64,000 bases of DNA from Emiliania huxleyi CCMP1516 (GCF_000372725.1 NW_005202427.1:1028459-1092458); one strand, 5' to 3'; positions 32,675 to 46,485 are shown, counted from the stretch's first letter. A program made the numbers and translations. Notes: generated by a model not told the origin, from the letters alone.

Positions 32675-35600
32675 GGTGACCCTCTCCTCTCCGGCCTCCG
32701 CACTGCTGCTGCACGGCGACACGGTCGTGATCGGCACCGCGTCTGGCACCGTCTGCACGTTCCGCCTCGCGCCTCGCGCCTCGCGTGGTCCGACGCCGAT
32801 GGAGCTTGCTCTCATGGCGCCAGCCGCGGCGGCTGCCGCCACAGAGGCCGCCAGCACCGCCGCCGCCGCCGCCGCCGCCAGCTCGGACGCGGCGTCCGCT
32901 CTGCCTCCTGCAGACGGCCCGCTCGAATGGCTGGCCGGCCCGACCCTGGTGCTCCGGAGCGGCGTCTCAGTGGACGCGCTCGCGGTGGCGGCGATCCGTG
33001 GGCCCGGCGGCGGCGGCGGCGATCCCGCGAGCGACTGGCTCCTTGTCTCGTGCGGCGGCGAGGTCTCTGCGCACCTGCTGCCTCGGCTTGGTGGCGCCTG
33101 CCGGCTCGTGGCAGCCTGCACGGGCGCGCTCTGCGTGCACGGCGGGCACTCCTCGCCCTCGCCGCCGCCCGCCGCCATCGCTACGGCGCACTATCGGAGG
33201 ATCGAGCTCTGGGGACTGCAGCTCGTGCAGCAGCCGTCCCGCGCCGCCTCCGCCGCCGCCGACTCGCGCCCGCCGCCGCCGGCTTGCGCAGCGACGCGGC
33301 GGGCGAGCCTCCCGGTGCAGGGCCGCGTGGCGGCGGTTCTTTGGAGCGGGGGGCACGTGTGCGCCACGCTGCTCGCCCAGGCCGAGGGAGCGTGCGGCGG
33401 CGGGGGCGAGGCCACTTACGTCGTGCTCGACGCGGCGTCTGCGGCAGAGGTGTGGCGGCTGCAGGCGAGGCTTCCTAGACACTTCCTGGACACTTCCTAG
33501 ACACTTCACGCAGAGGTGTGGCGGCTGCAGGCGAGGCCGCCTCCGCCTCGCTCCGCCCCAGAGGCGGGAGGCAGGCCGTCGCCGGTCGTCCCTCCGCCCG
33601 AGCTCGTCGTCTGGGAGCGGCAGTCTCGCGGCGGCGGCGGCAGCTCGCTCCTCCCGCGAGCCTCGTCGTGGCACCCGCTTGCCCCCTCCGCCTCGTCGCC
33701 GGGCGGAGGGCTCGTGTACGCACGCGGGCCGCAGTTCCACTACTCTCCCCTCGGCTCGCTCACGGCGGCGGCCCCGCCGGCGGGGGCGACGTGGGCGGGC
33801 GGCTGGCGCGTCGACTTTGAGCGCCCCACGTGCGACGACGGCTGGCAGTACGGCAGCGGCTGGCACGGGGCAGCCTCTCCCGACGGCGCCTCCGCCTCAC
33901 TCCGGGCGGGAGGGGGGGGAGCGGGAGGGTGGGTAGCGGCGCCGTCGAGCAGCGCGCGGGCGCGCCGGCGGACGTGGGTGCGCGCGCTGAGGCCGCTCCA
34001 CTCAGCAACCGGCCCGCCGCCGCCGCCCGAGGCGCCTCCGCTGCTGCCTCTGCCGGCGAGGCGCGTCCTGCTCGCCGCAGGGCTCGCTCCCGGCGGCGGC
34101 GCCTCGACGCTGGTGCTCGACCTAGCGCAGCTCAGCCTGGCGCCCCTCCCGTCGTGGGACCAGCGCCGCGACTTGCCTCCGCCACACGCCGTCGCCGCGG
34201 CCCCGCCGCTCGTCTACTCGCTCCATCTCGCTGGAGCCGGTGACGGCGGCGGCAGCGGCGGCGGCGGCGTCGGCGGCGGCGGCGCGTCGCTGCGCGGGTG
34301 GGAGAGCGAGACGGGCGGCCTCAGCGCCGCGACGAGCCTGCCGCCACAGCTCCCCACCGCGGCGGACGCGTGCGGCTCCCCCTCCCGGCTGGCGAGGGCG
34401 CGCAACGGCGGCGCAGCAGGCGAGGGGGGCGGCGGTCGGTCGCTGCTTTGCTGCGCCGGATCTCTGCTCGCCCTCGCCGAGGGGTCTCGCCTGGTGGCGC
34501 TCGCGCCTCCTCACTTGTGCGAGCGCCCGCTCGAGCTGCGCGCCGACAGCTGCCCTTCCCCGGCGGGCGACGCGACGGCGACGGCGCGGCTGCTGCAAGA
34601 GACGCGAGTGGCAGAGGCGGAGATCCGGCGCACGGCTGCTGCGGCCGCCTCCGCCGCTGCGAGCGGGCGAGCGCCGGAGGAGAAGGCGCCTCCGCTGGTC
34701 GACCTGCGCTCGCTCGTCGCCAGCTGGCTCGCGCCGCGGGGAGGCGACGACGGGGACGTGCCGCCGCCGTCGCCGTCCTCGCCGGCCGGCGGCGGGGGGC
34801 GAGGCCAGCCAGGCGCGCACCCGCTCGGCCTCCTCCTCGCCCGCCTCGTCGCTTCGCTGGTGCCTCGGCTCCAGTCCGCGACGGCGAGCTTGGCGGACGG
34901 GCGGGCGGGCGGCGAAGAGGCGGCGGCGGGGGACGCGGCGCGGGAGGCCGTGGCGGCGGAGGCCGTGCGGGAGGTTGGCTCGCTTGCTGGAGCGGACGCG
35001 TTGCTTCCTTGGACCTCTTTCCTGGACCTTTCCTGGAACCTTCCTGTAGGTTGGCTCGCTGCTGGAGCGGATGCGTTGTGAGGTGTGCGGTGCGTTGCCC
35101 GGCCTGTCTGCTGCGGTGCCACTGGGCGAGCTGTGCGAGCGTGTTGACGAGCCCCTTCCTAGACCTTTCCTGGACCCTTCCTGGACCCTTCCTGTAGGCG
35201 AGCTGTGCGAGCTTGTGGACGAGCCCGCCCTGTCGGCCCTCTCGCCCCACCTGCTGCAGCTCTACGCCGCGGTGACGAGGCGACTGCGACACTGCTCCGC
35301 ACGGCCCCTGAACATGTCCGGCCCCTTTGTGTCATGTGTCCGGCGCGCCTCCCGTAGGCCGGACGGGCTGCTCTACACGGCGCAGCTCCGCGCGCTCCGC
35401 CCGCTCCTCCCGCAGCACATGGGCGTGCGGTCCGAACTCGGGCTGTGGCGCGCCCGCCCGCCGAGCCCGCCGCCGGCCGCCGGCGCCGGCGTCGGCGAGG
35501 GGGACGGCGAGGCGCGCCGGCGGTGGGTGGCGGCGTGGCGCATCGGCGCCGCGTGGCGCGCGTGGTCGCTCGGCGCGTCGGGGGCGGGGCCATACGCGGA

Positions 35601-37911
35601 CACGGCCCGCGCGCTCCACCACATCGGCGCGGCGCGCACGCCGGTCGAGAAGGGGCACGCCGCCCTCGCCGCGCTCGAGTGCCTCGCGCGAGAGGCGAGC
35701 GGCCGCATCGAGCACGCGGGCGGCGGCGGCGGCGTCGCGGTGGCGACCGACGACATGCTGCCGCTCTTCGTCTTCGCGCTCGCGCGGGCGCGCGTCCCGC
35801 GGCTTCCGGCGCACGTGCGGCTCATCTGCGACCTCTTCCCGCGCTCGAGGACGCTCGGACCTCTCGGGTATGCCGTCTCAACGCTGCAGGCCGCGCTCGC
35901 GTACCTGCTCGGTACGTCGCTCGGCTCGGAGCGAGAGCGGGCGTTCGAGGAGGCGCGCCGCCCTCCCCCCTCGGGCGAGGCAGAGCTCGTCGACTTGTGC
36001 GACTGCCCGACGGGGTCGTGCCCGGACGGGCTCCGGCGCGACTCGCTCGGCGTCGTCCTGCGCCGCGGCGACCGCATCATCCGAGGCGACCCGAGCGCGC
36101 GACGCGTGCACCACGGCATCTTTGTCGGCGGCGGCGCGGGGGGAGAGGTTGCGCACTACGTCCGGCTCACCGGCCACGGCGCGCAGGCGGACAGCAGTGC
36201 GCAGCGCGCCCGCGGGGGGGGACGGTGGCTGTCCGCCGTCGAGCTGCGTCTCGACTCGCTCGAGGCGTTCTCCAAGCGCCGGCCCGTCTTTGTCTTGCGC
36301 ACGCCGTGCAGGTCGTCCGCCGACGCCGTGCTGGCGCGTGCGCGAGCAAAGCTGGGCGCTCGCGCGTACGACTTTCTGCACCTGCAGTGTGAGGTGTTTG
36401 CGACCTCGTGCCGCGCAGGCCACTCGCCGGCGGCGGCAGCCGCCGAGCGGGTTGCCGCCGTAGCGGCCGCCGCCGCCGTGGCTGCAGCGTCGCCGCCCAC
36501 GGATCTCGCGCGCCACTCGCCCTCGCCCGCGGTGTCGCCTCCTACCTCCTCGTCGCCGCCGCCAGCCCGCTTCGCCTCGCTTGCTGCCGCGCACGTGCAG
36601 GCCGCCGGCGCACTCGCATCTTGTGCCGCTCGGCTCTCGCCGCGGCCTTCGTCCAGCAGATGCGAGGCCGACGAGCTCTCCTCGTTTGCATTGCCACCGT
36701 CGTCGGCCGGCGGCGAGAGGGCTTCGTCGGTCTCCATCTTGATTGGGGGTCGGGCCGAGGGTGTGTCGATCTCTGCGGGCGGGCCACACCGGCAGAGAGA
36801 AGGCGCAGGCTCGAGGCACGGCACGCCAACGCTGGCGGCGGGGCACACGGCAGAGGTGCCCGCCATGGCCGCAGGCTTCCGCAACGCCGGCGACGAGGGT
36901 GGGATCGAGCATTCCGCATTCGGGAACGGGCAGCGTGCGCTTGCGCGGACGCTGCGGCGGCGGGCGGTGCTGTATGCAGATGCGGAGGCCGCCACGTCCA
37001 CCGCGGCCGACTTGCTGGTTTGCTTTCTGCGCGAGGGCGGCTACGCGGCCGACAAGCCGTCTGCTAGCTGCCGCGCTGCGCAGCGAGCCATCGGGGCGGT
37101 GCTGCAGGGCAGCGCTCGTGGGGAGAGCGAGGCCGGCGGTGGCATGGCGCTGCTGGTGCCGCGGAGCGTCCGATTGCAAAAGAAGGCCGCCGACCTGCTG
37201 CAGCTTCTCTTCCTCCTCTTCGACTGGCAGCCGCACGGCGGCGCTAGCGGCGAGGGGGCAGCTCACGGCGCGGAGGGGCCATGTCTGGCCGCAGGCCGGT
37301 CCGAGCTGCTCGGCGAGAGCCACGTCGCGGAGTTTGCGGCGGGCTTGCGCGAGGCGCTGCTGGCTTTTGCGCGGGGGGGGGTCTTCGAAGCACCCCCGCG
37401 AGAGAAGACCCCCTCGGAGAGAGGCGCGGCGGAGGCAGTCGTCGCTCAGACGCCCCCGAGAGCGCCGCCCTCGCCGGCCTCGCCCACACCGGCACCGGCG
37501 CCCGCGTCGCCCGGCCTCGACCGGAGCCCCGCGTCCACCGCCCCTACCTCCGGCGCACCCACGCCCCTCCGTGGCTCCCGCGTTGATGCGGGGCGGCCGC
37601 GGCCATCGGCCACCGGGGTGGGCACAGTCCTCGGCCGAATGCGATTGCTCGTGGCCGCAGCGTCCCAGTACCTCGCGTTTCACCTGCCGCCCAAGGCCCT
37701 TGCGCCTGGCAATGCCGCCGCCGAGTCGGCTCTTCTCGGGTCGAGGCTCGAGGCGGCCCTGTCTGGAGGTCGAGGCGGTGAAGAGGCGGCTGCCGACCTC
37801 GAGGACAGCTTCGAGGCGATGCGAAGGGTGGACGAGTTGGACGTGGACTACCTCCAGGCGGTGTGCCGCGTCGCGCAGGCGTCTGTGCGCAGTAGTGATG
37901 GCGAGTCATAG
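32643..37911 (+). CDS. Large multi-exon protein with DysF-like, VPS9 and LRAT-like (permuted NlpC/P60) domains
   Basis: WRVD..DDGWQYG..RRRTWVR (DysF), ATDDMLPLFVFAL..GPLGYAVSTLQAAL (VPS9) and HHGIFVG..YDFLHLQCEVFA (LRAT). Confidence 0.72.
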
Positions 37912-38088
37912 AGGAAGAGGCGTGTCGGGGGACGCCCCGCGCAGCCAGACCGCACGGCGCGGCACGGACCACGGTCTCGACGATACACGATTTACTTTTT
38001 TCAAGGGAGAGAAAATTGAGTATTATATATACGTGTAACCCTAAGTTTCTCCGAGACCTCGCGAGCGGGTAATATACACGCACGCCTC

Positions 38089-41000
38089 TCAGCTCACCAC
38101 CTCTCCACCTCGTAGCTCGATGGTTAGCGTGGCACTCGCCAGACCAGCGCTCGACGCCGTGAGCGTCAGTTTTCCCGAGCGGGGTGGAGCCGCAGAGGGA
38201 CTCCCAGGTCTAATGATCGCCGTCGCTCGCCCGCGGAACGTCTTGCGGGCCAACTGATGGAAGGACGAGGCATCGGTGGGGTCGCCGCTGCCCACAGCCG
38301 TGATTTCGCCAGCGCCCTCCAGCTTGAAGCGAACGGTGGGCGGGACGCACGCGGCAAGTGAACTCTCGTTTGCGCACGCGACCAGCACGCCATCTGCATC
38401 TACCACCTCAACGGTGACGTAGCTGAGGTCCGCCCGTGACGGCCGGATCGTCGTTCGATCTGCGGCCAAACGCAGCTTTGCCGCTGGTCCGGATGTTTTG
38501 AATGTGCGGGTCGCGATTGCTCGGCCACGCGCGTCGAAGCCGGTCGCCTCGAGCGTGCCTGGCTCGTAGGGGACCCTGACGGTGGCCGTGTACGCGGTCG
38601 CGCGCGAGACGTTGACGCAGCCCTCGCTCACGTTCCGGCCGTTGAGCGCCAGGAGGACGCAAGCGCAGCGCGTCGAGTACAGGTTGACCCGCATGAGCCG
38701 CTTTTGCTCCTCCCAGCTCCAGCTCTGGCGCTCGTCGGGGAAGCCCCACGAAGCGATCACCTCGCCGTCGTCGGCGGGCTTCACGGCCATCTCGAGCGCT
38801 GAGACGTTCCACAGCACACGCCGCAGGTACGCCTACAACGTCGAGGCCGCCTGCAAAACGGGGCGTGATGGGGGGGCATTTGGGGGCGGGCCTATCACGG
38901 ACCTGCGGCTTCTGGCCGCCCACGATGTCGAGGTCGCCGCAAAAGGAGATGTGATAGCTCCACGGAGCCGGGCAGTAGCCGCCGCAGGCGAGGGGGTCGG
39001 GCGGCGAGTGGCCGTTGGCGCCAATCGACGACTCGCCAATGTAGTCGATGGCTGTCCAGATGAAGGTGCCAACGACCCACGGATAGTCTTGCAGCGCGTT
39101 GAAGTTGAGAACGCTTGACTCGGGGAAGGTCTCCGTGGCGGCGATGACGCGCGCCGGGTGCGTCACGTGGTCGCGTGCGAACCCGTGTGGCGAGTAGTTG
39201 TAGCCAGCCACGTCGAGGGGCGCGAGGAAGGCGGCGGTGGCCGCGTCGGTCCCCACGCCTGGGTACGCGCTCGTGATTGCTCTCCGGCTGCCTCCGCCAG
39301 CGTCATCGAGGTGCCGGATGTACTCGGAGAGGGCAGCGGAGAGCGCAGCGCCGCGCGCCACGTGGCGGTTGGGGATCTCGTTGCCGATGCTCCAGAAGAC
39401 GATCGCGGGCGCGTTCCGGTCGCGGAGCACCATAGAGGCGATGTCGCGCTGCCACCAATCCTCAAAGAAGAGGTGGTAGTCGTCGGAATTCTTGCCGGCG
39501 TCCCAGCAGTCGAAGGCCTCCTCCATCAGCAGCACGCCCAAACGATTGCACGCGTCGACAAACGCGCGAGAGACAGGGTTGTGAGACGTCCGGATCGCAT
39601 TGTACCCGTTCGCCTTGAGCAGAGAAGAAGAGTGCTGTAAGGATAGGACACGTGCTAAACCGTTGGAACCGGGCTCGTACATGCGGTCACAATCATCCAT
39701 CTCATTATTGCTGCTAGCACTGGTGTGTCATCATCCGAAGATAATTCTCGCCTTCAGAAGCTCGACCCGCCGCTCCTCGGCGCGGCCGATCGCCTATCAT
39801 CAGCAGGAGGTGTGAAGAGACGCTGTTCACAGTCATCGCTCCTCGGCGCGGCCGTTCGCCTTGCTGCCGAGCGGGCCGTTGTCGTGGTGCACGCAGCCTA
39901 CCACAACCCGCAGAGCTTGACGCGCGGCGGCGGCGGGGGGGACGTTGCGCGCTGCCTCCGGCGCACCGCCGTGCAGCTTGACGGACTGGCCGTTGAGGAC
40001 GAAGCCGGCGCTCGAGTCAAACGAGAAGCTGCGGACGCCGAAGGTGGCGGTCTCCGTGTCCGGGCAGCCGTCTCGCAGGCCGCCGCCGCACGAGAGGGTC
40101 GCGACTGCTCGGTAGAGTGAGGGCTGCCCTGGGCTCCACGTCCTGACGCCGCGCACCTATCTCGGGCAATCTCGCGTGTCCTCGGCTGATCTCCGGCCGA
40201 TCTCGGCTCCACATCTTCTCCTCGCATCGAACGAGAGCAGCACGCTCGCGCTGCCGCCGCCGCCGACCTCAGGCAGCGAAGCAAAGCCCACGCCGAGCGA
40301 CACGCCTCGCTCGTCGAAGAGCTCGACGCGGGCGCCTGCTCCCGCGGCGGTCGTGCCGCGGGCGTTGGCGACGGTGACGTTGATAGCGACTGTCGCGTCG
40401 GCGCGCAGGCCGTCGCTCGCTGTGAGCGCGATGTGCGGCGTGGTGACGTAAACGCCGCCGGGGACCGCGAGGTGCAGCGCCGGGTGGGCCAGGAGGGACA
40501 CGGGACGGAACAGGCCGGCGCCAGCGTACCTATGGCCGCAGTCCGAAGGTGGCGGAGGGAGGGATGGGGAGAGATGGGGAGAGACGGGGTAGATATGGGG
40601 AGATGTACCAGCGGGAGTTGGACCCGCGGCTCTCGGCGCGAATCGCGAGCACGTTCGGCTGCCCCAGCCGCAGCCCGCCGGCAGTGAGATCGACCGCGAA
40701 GCTGGTGTAGCCGTACGGGTGGGTCAGGAGGTGCTCGCCGTTCAGGTACACCGAGCAGTTCATGTAGCACCTGCGGTCGGGTCAGCGGTGTGAGGCCTCG
40801 AGCTACAGGCTCCACTCTGATGCTGAGGCTCCACTCTGATGCCGAGGCTCCAGTCTGATGCTGAGGCTCCAGTGAATGAGGGTAGCCGTATCGCGCTCAC
40901 CCTTCTACGAAGAGCTGCAGCCGCTCGCCCCAGCTCGCGTCTGGTCGGAACGTCTTACGATACCAGCCCACGCCGCCAAGCGTGTAGCCCGTCTGCTTGT

Positions 41001-41806
41001 GGCCGGGCGAGGCGCCCGGGTCGAAGGGGCCGATGCGCCGGTCCGGCTGGGCCCAGTCCACCAGCCCTGCCGGGCCTGAGCCCTCGCTCCAGACCCAGAT
41101 TGCGGCCACGTTGTCGGGGCCGACGTGCAACGCGCTCGCGGGCACCGCGTAGCTGCGGTAGTCGAGGCGTGAGGAGCAGCCGCCCGGCTTGTGCCAGGCG
41201 CCGGTGCTGCCCACCTATCACGGGGGTAGGGGTCAGCCTGTCCATTAAACGAGTTCCACCGCTCCCGCGGTCTCGGGCTCGGTCCTCCCACATTCTCTAA
41301 ATGATGAATCGGCCCCTTGTTTGTTTGCTGCCCACCTTCGCGCCGTTGATGTAGGTGCGGTCGGCGGTCGCGACAGAGCCGAGGGCGAGCCGCAGGGTGC
41401 CCGCTCTCGCCGCCGCAAAGGCGGCGGCAGACACGGTGAAGTTTCGACGATACCAGCCGGACGCGTTGGCTGCCTCGTAGCCGGCGGCCGCACGCCAGTC
41501 GCTTGGGACTTGGATGTCTGTCCAGCCTGCGTCGTCGAAGCCAGGCGCCGCGAACGTGTCGTTGCCCTCGCCGCGGTAGAAGCGCCATATTCCGTGGCGA
41601 ACGGCCAGCACTGGCGTCACATCGTCCTCCTCGCGGCTCGGCAGGTCCTCAATGGCCCAGTCGTGCGGAGCCTCGATGTCACGCCAGTCCGTGTCGTCGG
41701 AGCTGGGTAGCTGGTAGGTGCCATCGCCGCGAAGGAAGCGCCAGCCAGCGTTGAAGTCGACTTCGAGCGCGGCGAAAGAGACGATGTGGAGGGCCAGCAT
41801 ATACAT
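38089..41806 (-). CDS. Glycoside hydrolase family 2 (beta-galactosidase-like), secreted, multi-exon
   Basis: DFNAGWRF, HPYGYTSF, NGYNAIRTSHNP, WSIGNE, TETF, WTAIDYIGES and TFRGRATAII motifs. Confidence 0.92.
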
Positions 41807-41970
41807 TTGTGTTGCCTAGCGCGCAAGCGAGAGATGTGTGCAGTGGCGCGAGTGTGCCGCCATCATTTTCTTTTCAGTCCAACTTCTATTTGAAAACGAA
41901 CCTCCGGGTTTTTCTCGATTTTAATCTCAGCCCGTCTTCACAACGAATTCGCTCTCATCACTCTCGAACC

Positions 41971-42588
41971 ATGATAATGGTGGCATGGCTAGACACTGTG
42001 AAGCCGGGCTTCGGCGATGCCTACGGCTCAGTATTCGCGGAAATGGGCTGCGACGAGAAGAGCGACCTCCAATTCTTCGACGCTGACGCGCTGCGCAAAT
42101 GCAAGGAGATGCTCACCGCCGCTGCAGGTAAGAAGATGTACGTCGACACGCCGAAGATCATGAACGCGATCAAAGCTGTCCTCGAGAAAAAAACGCCCAA
42201 GGCCCCGCCAAAGCCAAAGCCCGCGGCCCAAAAGCGGCCCCGGCCGAACCAGCCTGACGAGACGCCGGTCCGCGGCCGCGGCGGAGGCGGCCGCGGTGTG
42301 GGAAGCAGCTCGAGCGGCCGTGGCCGCGACGCGGGCAGCAGCTCGAGTGGCAGCTGCGGTGGCTCCCCTTGCTTGACCAAAGGGCGCATGACGCGGAACG
42401 GGCAAGAGGGCGTGCGCGAGCAGATCCTGGCCGCCTTCATCGCTGCGCAAGAGGCGAAGAACCTGGACGGCATGGTGCTTGCCAAGGAGAAGCTCAAGCG
42501 GTTCCTCGAGGAGTACTCTAAACACGAACAGGACCAGTTCATGCTCGGTCAGCTCGAGGAGGCCATCCGCGAGCACGAGCAGCAGTGA
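41971..42588 (+). CDS. Hypothetical intronless protein with N-terminal SAM-like region
   Basis: WLDTVKPGFGDAYGSVFAEMGCDEKSDL..KIMNAIK resembles SAM. Clean ORF. Confidence 0.55.
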   Translation: MIMVAWLDTVKPGFGDAYGSVFAEMGCDEKSDLQFFDADALRKCKEMLTAAAGKKMYVDTPKIMNAIKAVLEKKTPKAPPKPKPAAQKRPRPNQPDETPVRGRGGGGRGVGSSSSGRGRDAGSSSSGSCGGSPCLTKGRMTRNGQEGVREQILAAFIAAQEAKNLDGMVLAKEKLKRFLEEYSKHEQDQFMLGQLEEAIREHEQQ

Positions 42589-44604
42589 GAGCGGCTGACT
42601 GTGTGCGGCTCCCCGCCTTCGAGTAAGCCGCACGCCAGCCGCACGCCTCGCCGGCGTCCGAGCCACGCGGACTGGGCGCGGGCGACGGGGCTGCGAGAGA
42701 GGGTGGACGGGGAGGCGACCCACTCGCGAGCTAGGTGGAATTGACCACGGCGTGAAGGGGTTGTCTGTGCGGGACCCGTCGCTCTGTCTTCGTCACTCTT
42801 CTGCTCGCGCGCTCCCCACCTCCAGAGGTTTTGCAAGAGGTTCCACACAAACACACGGCCGACTGCACGCTAAAGGCTACACGCTCGCACACCACTTGCT
42901 GAGTGGCTCTCCCAGGCGCTCAGCCCACGGCGGAGGCACGGCAGGCCCCGGGGTGTCGGCCGTCACTCGCCTATAAGCGCCTAAAGCGGCCGAACCGAAA
43001 CGGTGTAGCGGGTTAAAGGTCCCTGCCAACGTGGCGGCGCGGGTGATATCGTAACACAAGTGACTCCGATGACACTCATCATGCTCCTGCTAGTGTCATC
43101 GCTCGCAGAGCAGCCTCACCACGTCCACTGTCTACCACTGGCCCTGCCCCTGGTCGGCGCAAACTGCCGCTGAGCAGCGCTGGGCGGCTACTCAGCATCA
43201 GCCTCGTCACACGCCTCCGCCAGCGCCGTGAATTCCTTATCCAGTTCTAATACTATTGTATCGCTGCCTTGACCGTGTCCGCACCTGCATGGTCCAGCAA
43301 GTCGCCGTGAAAAAACCAAGCAACAGAATGGAAGCCACGGTCGTCGGGACCTGCCGAGACGAGGTACTCCAAGCACTAGTCGACTTCAACGACAGGGTTC
43401 CTCAGCTTCAACGACAGGGTTCCTCAGCGCCACCGCAGTCATCTGGCTCGGATCGCACAGTAACGCAAGCCGAGCACCTCTTCAATCTCCAACAAGTCTG
43501 CGTCCATGGACCCAGCAACCTTGTCGCTGGCGAGTGGTGGCAGATGACCGACATCCCACAGCACCAGCAGCAAAAGCGGGCGGGCCGACCCCACGGCCAT
43601 CGCCGCCGCCGCCGCCTCTTCCTCTGCCGCCGCCCCCTCCGCCGTCGCCGTCACCTTGGGCTGCATCACCCGCGCCGCGTCGCGCACCGGCTCTCGTGCT
43701 CATTCAACGGCGCCTCAGGTTGCAGGCCGGCGGCACTGGTGTTGTCGTGGTCGGGCTGCCCAACGTCGGCGCGGGAGGGAGGGGGCAACGCCGTTATGAA
43801 GAACGCGAGAGCGAGCGCCGACGGCCCAGATTCTGAGCAGCAGCCCGCCTGGTCATGGGCCACTTGCCTACGTGCGTCCAGCTTCCACTATAGGACGAAC
43901 GCCGAAGTTTGCTCTCCGACGCCGTGCCGAGCGAAACCTTTTCCTTCGAAGCCCGGCGACGTAGCCGGGCGAGCGGAATAGGGCAGCCCTAGAGAGCGCC
44001 TGGAGGCCGTTCAATAGAGCCCGTGTTATAGTCGAGAGTCGATCGCCGGCCGGCGCAGTGCTGCTCTGACCGCTCCGCCGGGCCGCCTCCGGGCCGCAGA
44101 GACGTGCACATAGGCAAGTTGGTCTTTTCACATATGAACTTCAAACTAACATTGGCCAATCTAATCCTACTCATCACAACTCACCAGGAACACCCCCACA
44201 CTATAGGGTCATTGTGTAGCCCTTCTTAGAAGGAAAAGGCTTATTGCAAGGTCCGTATGGCTCACCGGGTAGTCGGCCACACGACACACATCGAGTATTC
44301 TCAGCAGCCAGGTGTCTCACCTCTCTGGCTTGTGTGGATCCTCCTCGGAACTCGGCCGGAGGCCGGACCCGCTCCCGGAGCCGGACGGCGATGTGTAAGA
44401 CGAGATAAGTACAAGCGGGCGAGCTGGTGCGTGGTGGGTGCGGTGCGACTACTTTCTTCACCGTCCGTATCATCGGCTGAGAAATATGTGAAATGCGTAC
44501 TAGCTGCGTTTATTGTGGTTTGTGCGCCCGGTCTCTCGCTGCGCTGTGAGAGCGGTGGAAATATATCCTTGCGTTTGTGTGTGCGCAAGCAGCGAAAACC
44601 GAAA

Positions 44605-46076
44605 TCAATACCCCATCCCCACGTCGACGGGCGTCGCGAGCGGCTCGCCGCGCCCGACGCGCTCGAGGTTGTCCCGCCACACGCGCCAGCCCAGGCGAAA
44701 GTAGTCCGCAGTGTAGTCGGCATTGTGTGCGGTCAGCAGGAGCTTCGAGTCTGGCTGCTCCCAGAGCGGCGAGTCGGCAGGCAGCGGCTCTGTCTCGAAG
44801 ACGTCCAACGCGGCGCCGCCGAGCCGCGGCAGCGCCGCCACCAGCGCGCTCTCGTCGACGGCGATGCCGCGCCCGACCGAGACGAAGGTGGCTCCGCCCT
44901 TCATGGCGTCAAACTCGGCGCTCGACAGGAAGTGGCGCGTCTCCTCGGTCCCGGGCAGGGTGCAGACGACGACGTCGCTCTGTTCGAGCATCGGCCGTGT
45001 GAGGAAAGGGAGGGGAGGCCGTGTCCCGGACGCGTCTCGGAAGTGTTCAGGGAAGCGACCTGCTCGAGCAGCGCCCGCTTGTGCGCGGGGAGGATGGGCC
45101 CCTCATACGGCCCTAACACGAGGTCGGCCAGCCCGGTCTCGTCGGGCTTGCTCGCGTTGCGCCTGTGACCACCGGATCCGAGTCTGCCACCATCGTCCAA
45201 CTTGTGAGCTCCCTTTCGTTGGAGGAGCTCGAGAGCGCAGAGTTTCATCACTCGGCGCATCCTGAACCCGCCCTGGGCTCTGGGCTCGGGCTCGGGTCGG
45301 GGCTGGGTGGTCAGCGGGAGGGTCCAACCCCTTGCGCTCTCTTCACACGGGGGCTCTCACAGCAGACTCTGCGAGATGACGGGGCCGACTACAGTGTACA
45401 GCGGGGAGGAGCGGGTGGGTTGACGAGGCCTCAGGCAGACGACTCGCATCCCAAAGGCCTTGCCGAGCCGGGCGACGTGCTGCGCGATGTCGCCGAACCC
45501 AAGCAGTCCGAGGGTCTGCCCACGGAGCACGGACATCTCGAACTTGTCCCACCTCCGCTCGCGCCGGTTCTGCTGGCACCGAGCCACCTGCTTGTTGAAG
45601 TGCAGCGCCGCCATCAGCGCGTACTCGGCCAGCGAGGACGAGAAGGCGCCGCGCCCGTTGCTCAGCGGGATGCCCGCCGGCAGCAGCACCTCGCGCGCAA
45701 TCGCCGCGATTGGGTCGACTCCCGCGTAGAAGCCGTGACACCAACGCACGGCTGGCGCGTGGCCTTCCACGAGGAGAGCGCGTAGGACTGGCGGCGGCGT
45801 CGGCGGCACCCACAGCAGCGCCTCCGCCCGCCGCAGCTTGTCGCCGTGCGCGAGCAGGCTCTCGAGGTCGTGGCCGATCAGCAGCTCGGCCGCGTCCAGC
45901 GGGGCGTGCGCGAGCGCCGGGTTGTCGGCGGAAGAGAGAACGACGACGCTCGGCGGAGGAGCGCCGCCCGTGCACACGCGACGACGTCTTAGGGCGTGCG
46001 TCTCTCCAGTACGGCTGAGGAACGAGTGCGCTCCAGCAGGACTGAGCAACGACGAGCGTACGCGACACGGCGGCAT
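44605..46076 (-). CDS. D-isomer-specific 2-hydroxyacid dehydrogenase, multi-exon
   Basis: GLLGFGDIA (GxGxxG-like), FVSVGRG, GAALDVFETEPLP and LLTAHNA motifs. Confidence 0.9.
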
Positions 46077-46485
46077 GCTGTGGCGGTGGGGGGCCGGTGC
46101 GGCGGGTGGGGGGGGGCAGGGCTCTCGAGGTCTCGAATGCTCTTCGCCGCGTTGGGTAGCGAGGATTGGAGGGGAGAGAAGATGTTGAAGCCGCCGGCCA
46201 AAGCCCGTGCCCCGTTTGTGCCGCGTCCCGTGCCCCGGAGTTCATTTTAATAAAGCCCGTCCAGGATCCCAGCGCAAGCGCCGCCTCCGGCACGTCGCAC
46301 GTGAGCCTTGGTTGGCGGCCGCCGCTGGCAGGGCCAAGCCGTGCCCAAAAGTCCAGACGCGGCTTCGAGGGGAACGTCCCCCCGCAAGGCGATCACTGGC
46401 CCCCCTGGTCATCATGGTCAATCTTCCAGTTACGATCAGCTGCTCGAAGGCTCTTCCGTAACGCTTTTCCGGCCCGGGAGCAACA

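Noticed and set aside
38036..38046. Telomeric or interstitial TTAGGG array (also single hits near 28313, 31526 and 58273)
   Set aside because: Only isolated single units, compatible with chance.
43000..44560. Protein-coding gene or transposase in a lower-GC interval
   Set aside because: Only short ORFs with no recognisable motifs and one 22-bp tandem duplication (about 43385-43428). Cannot be supported.
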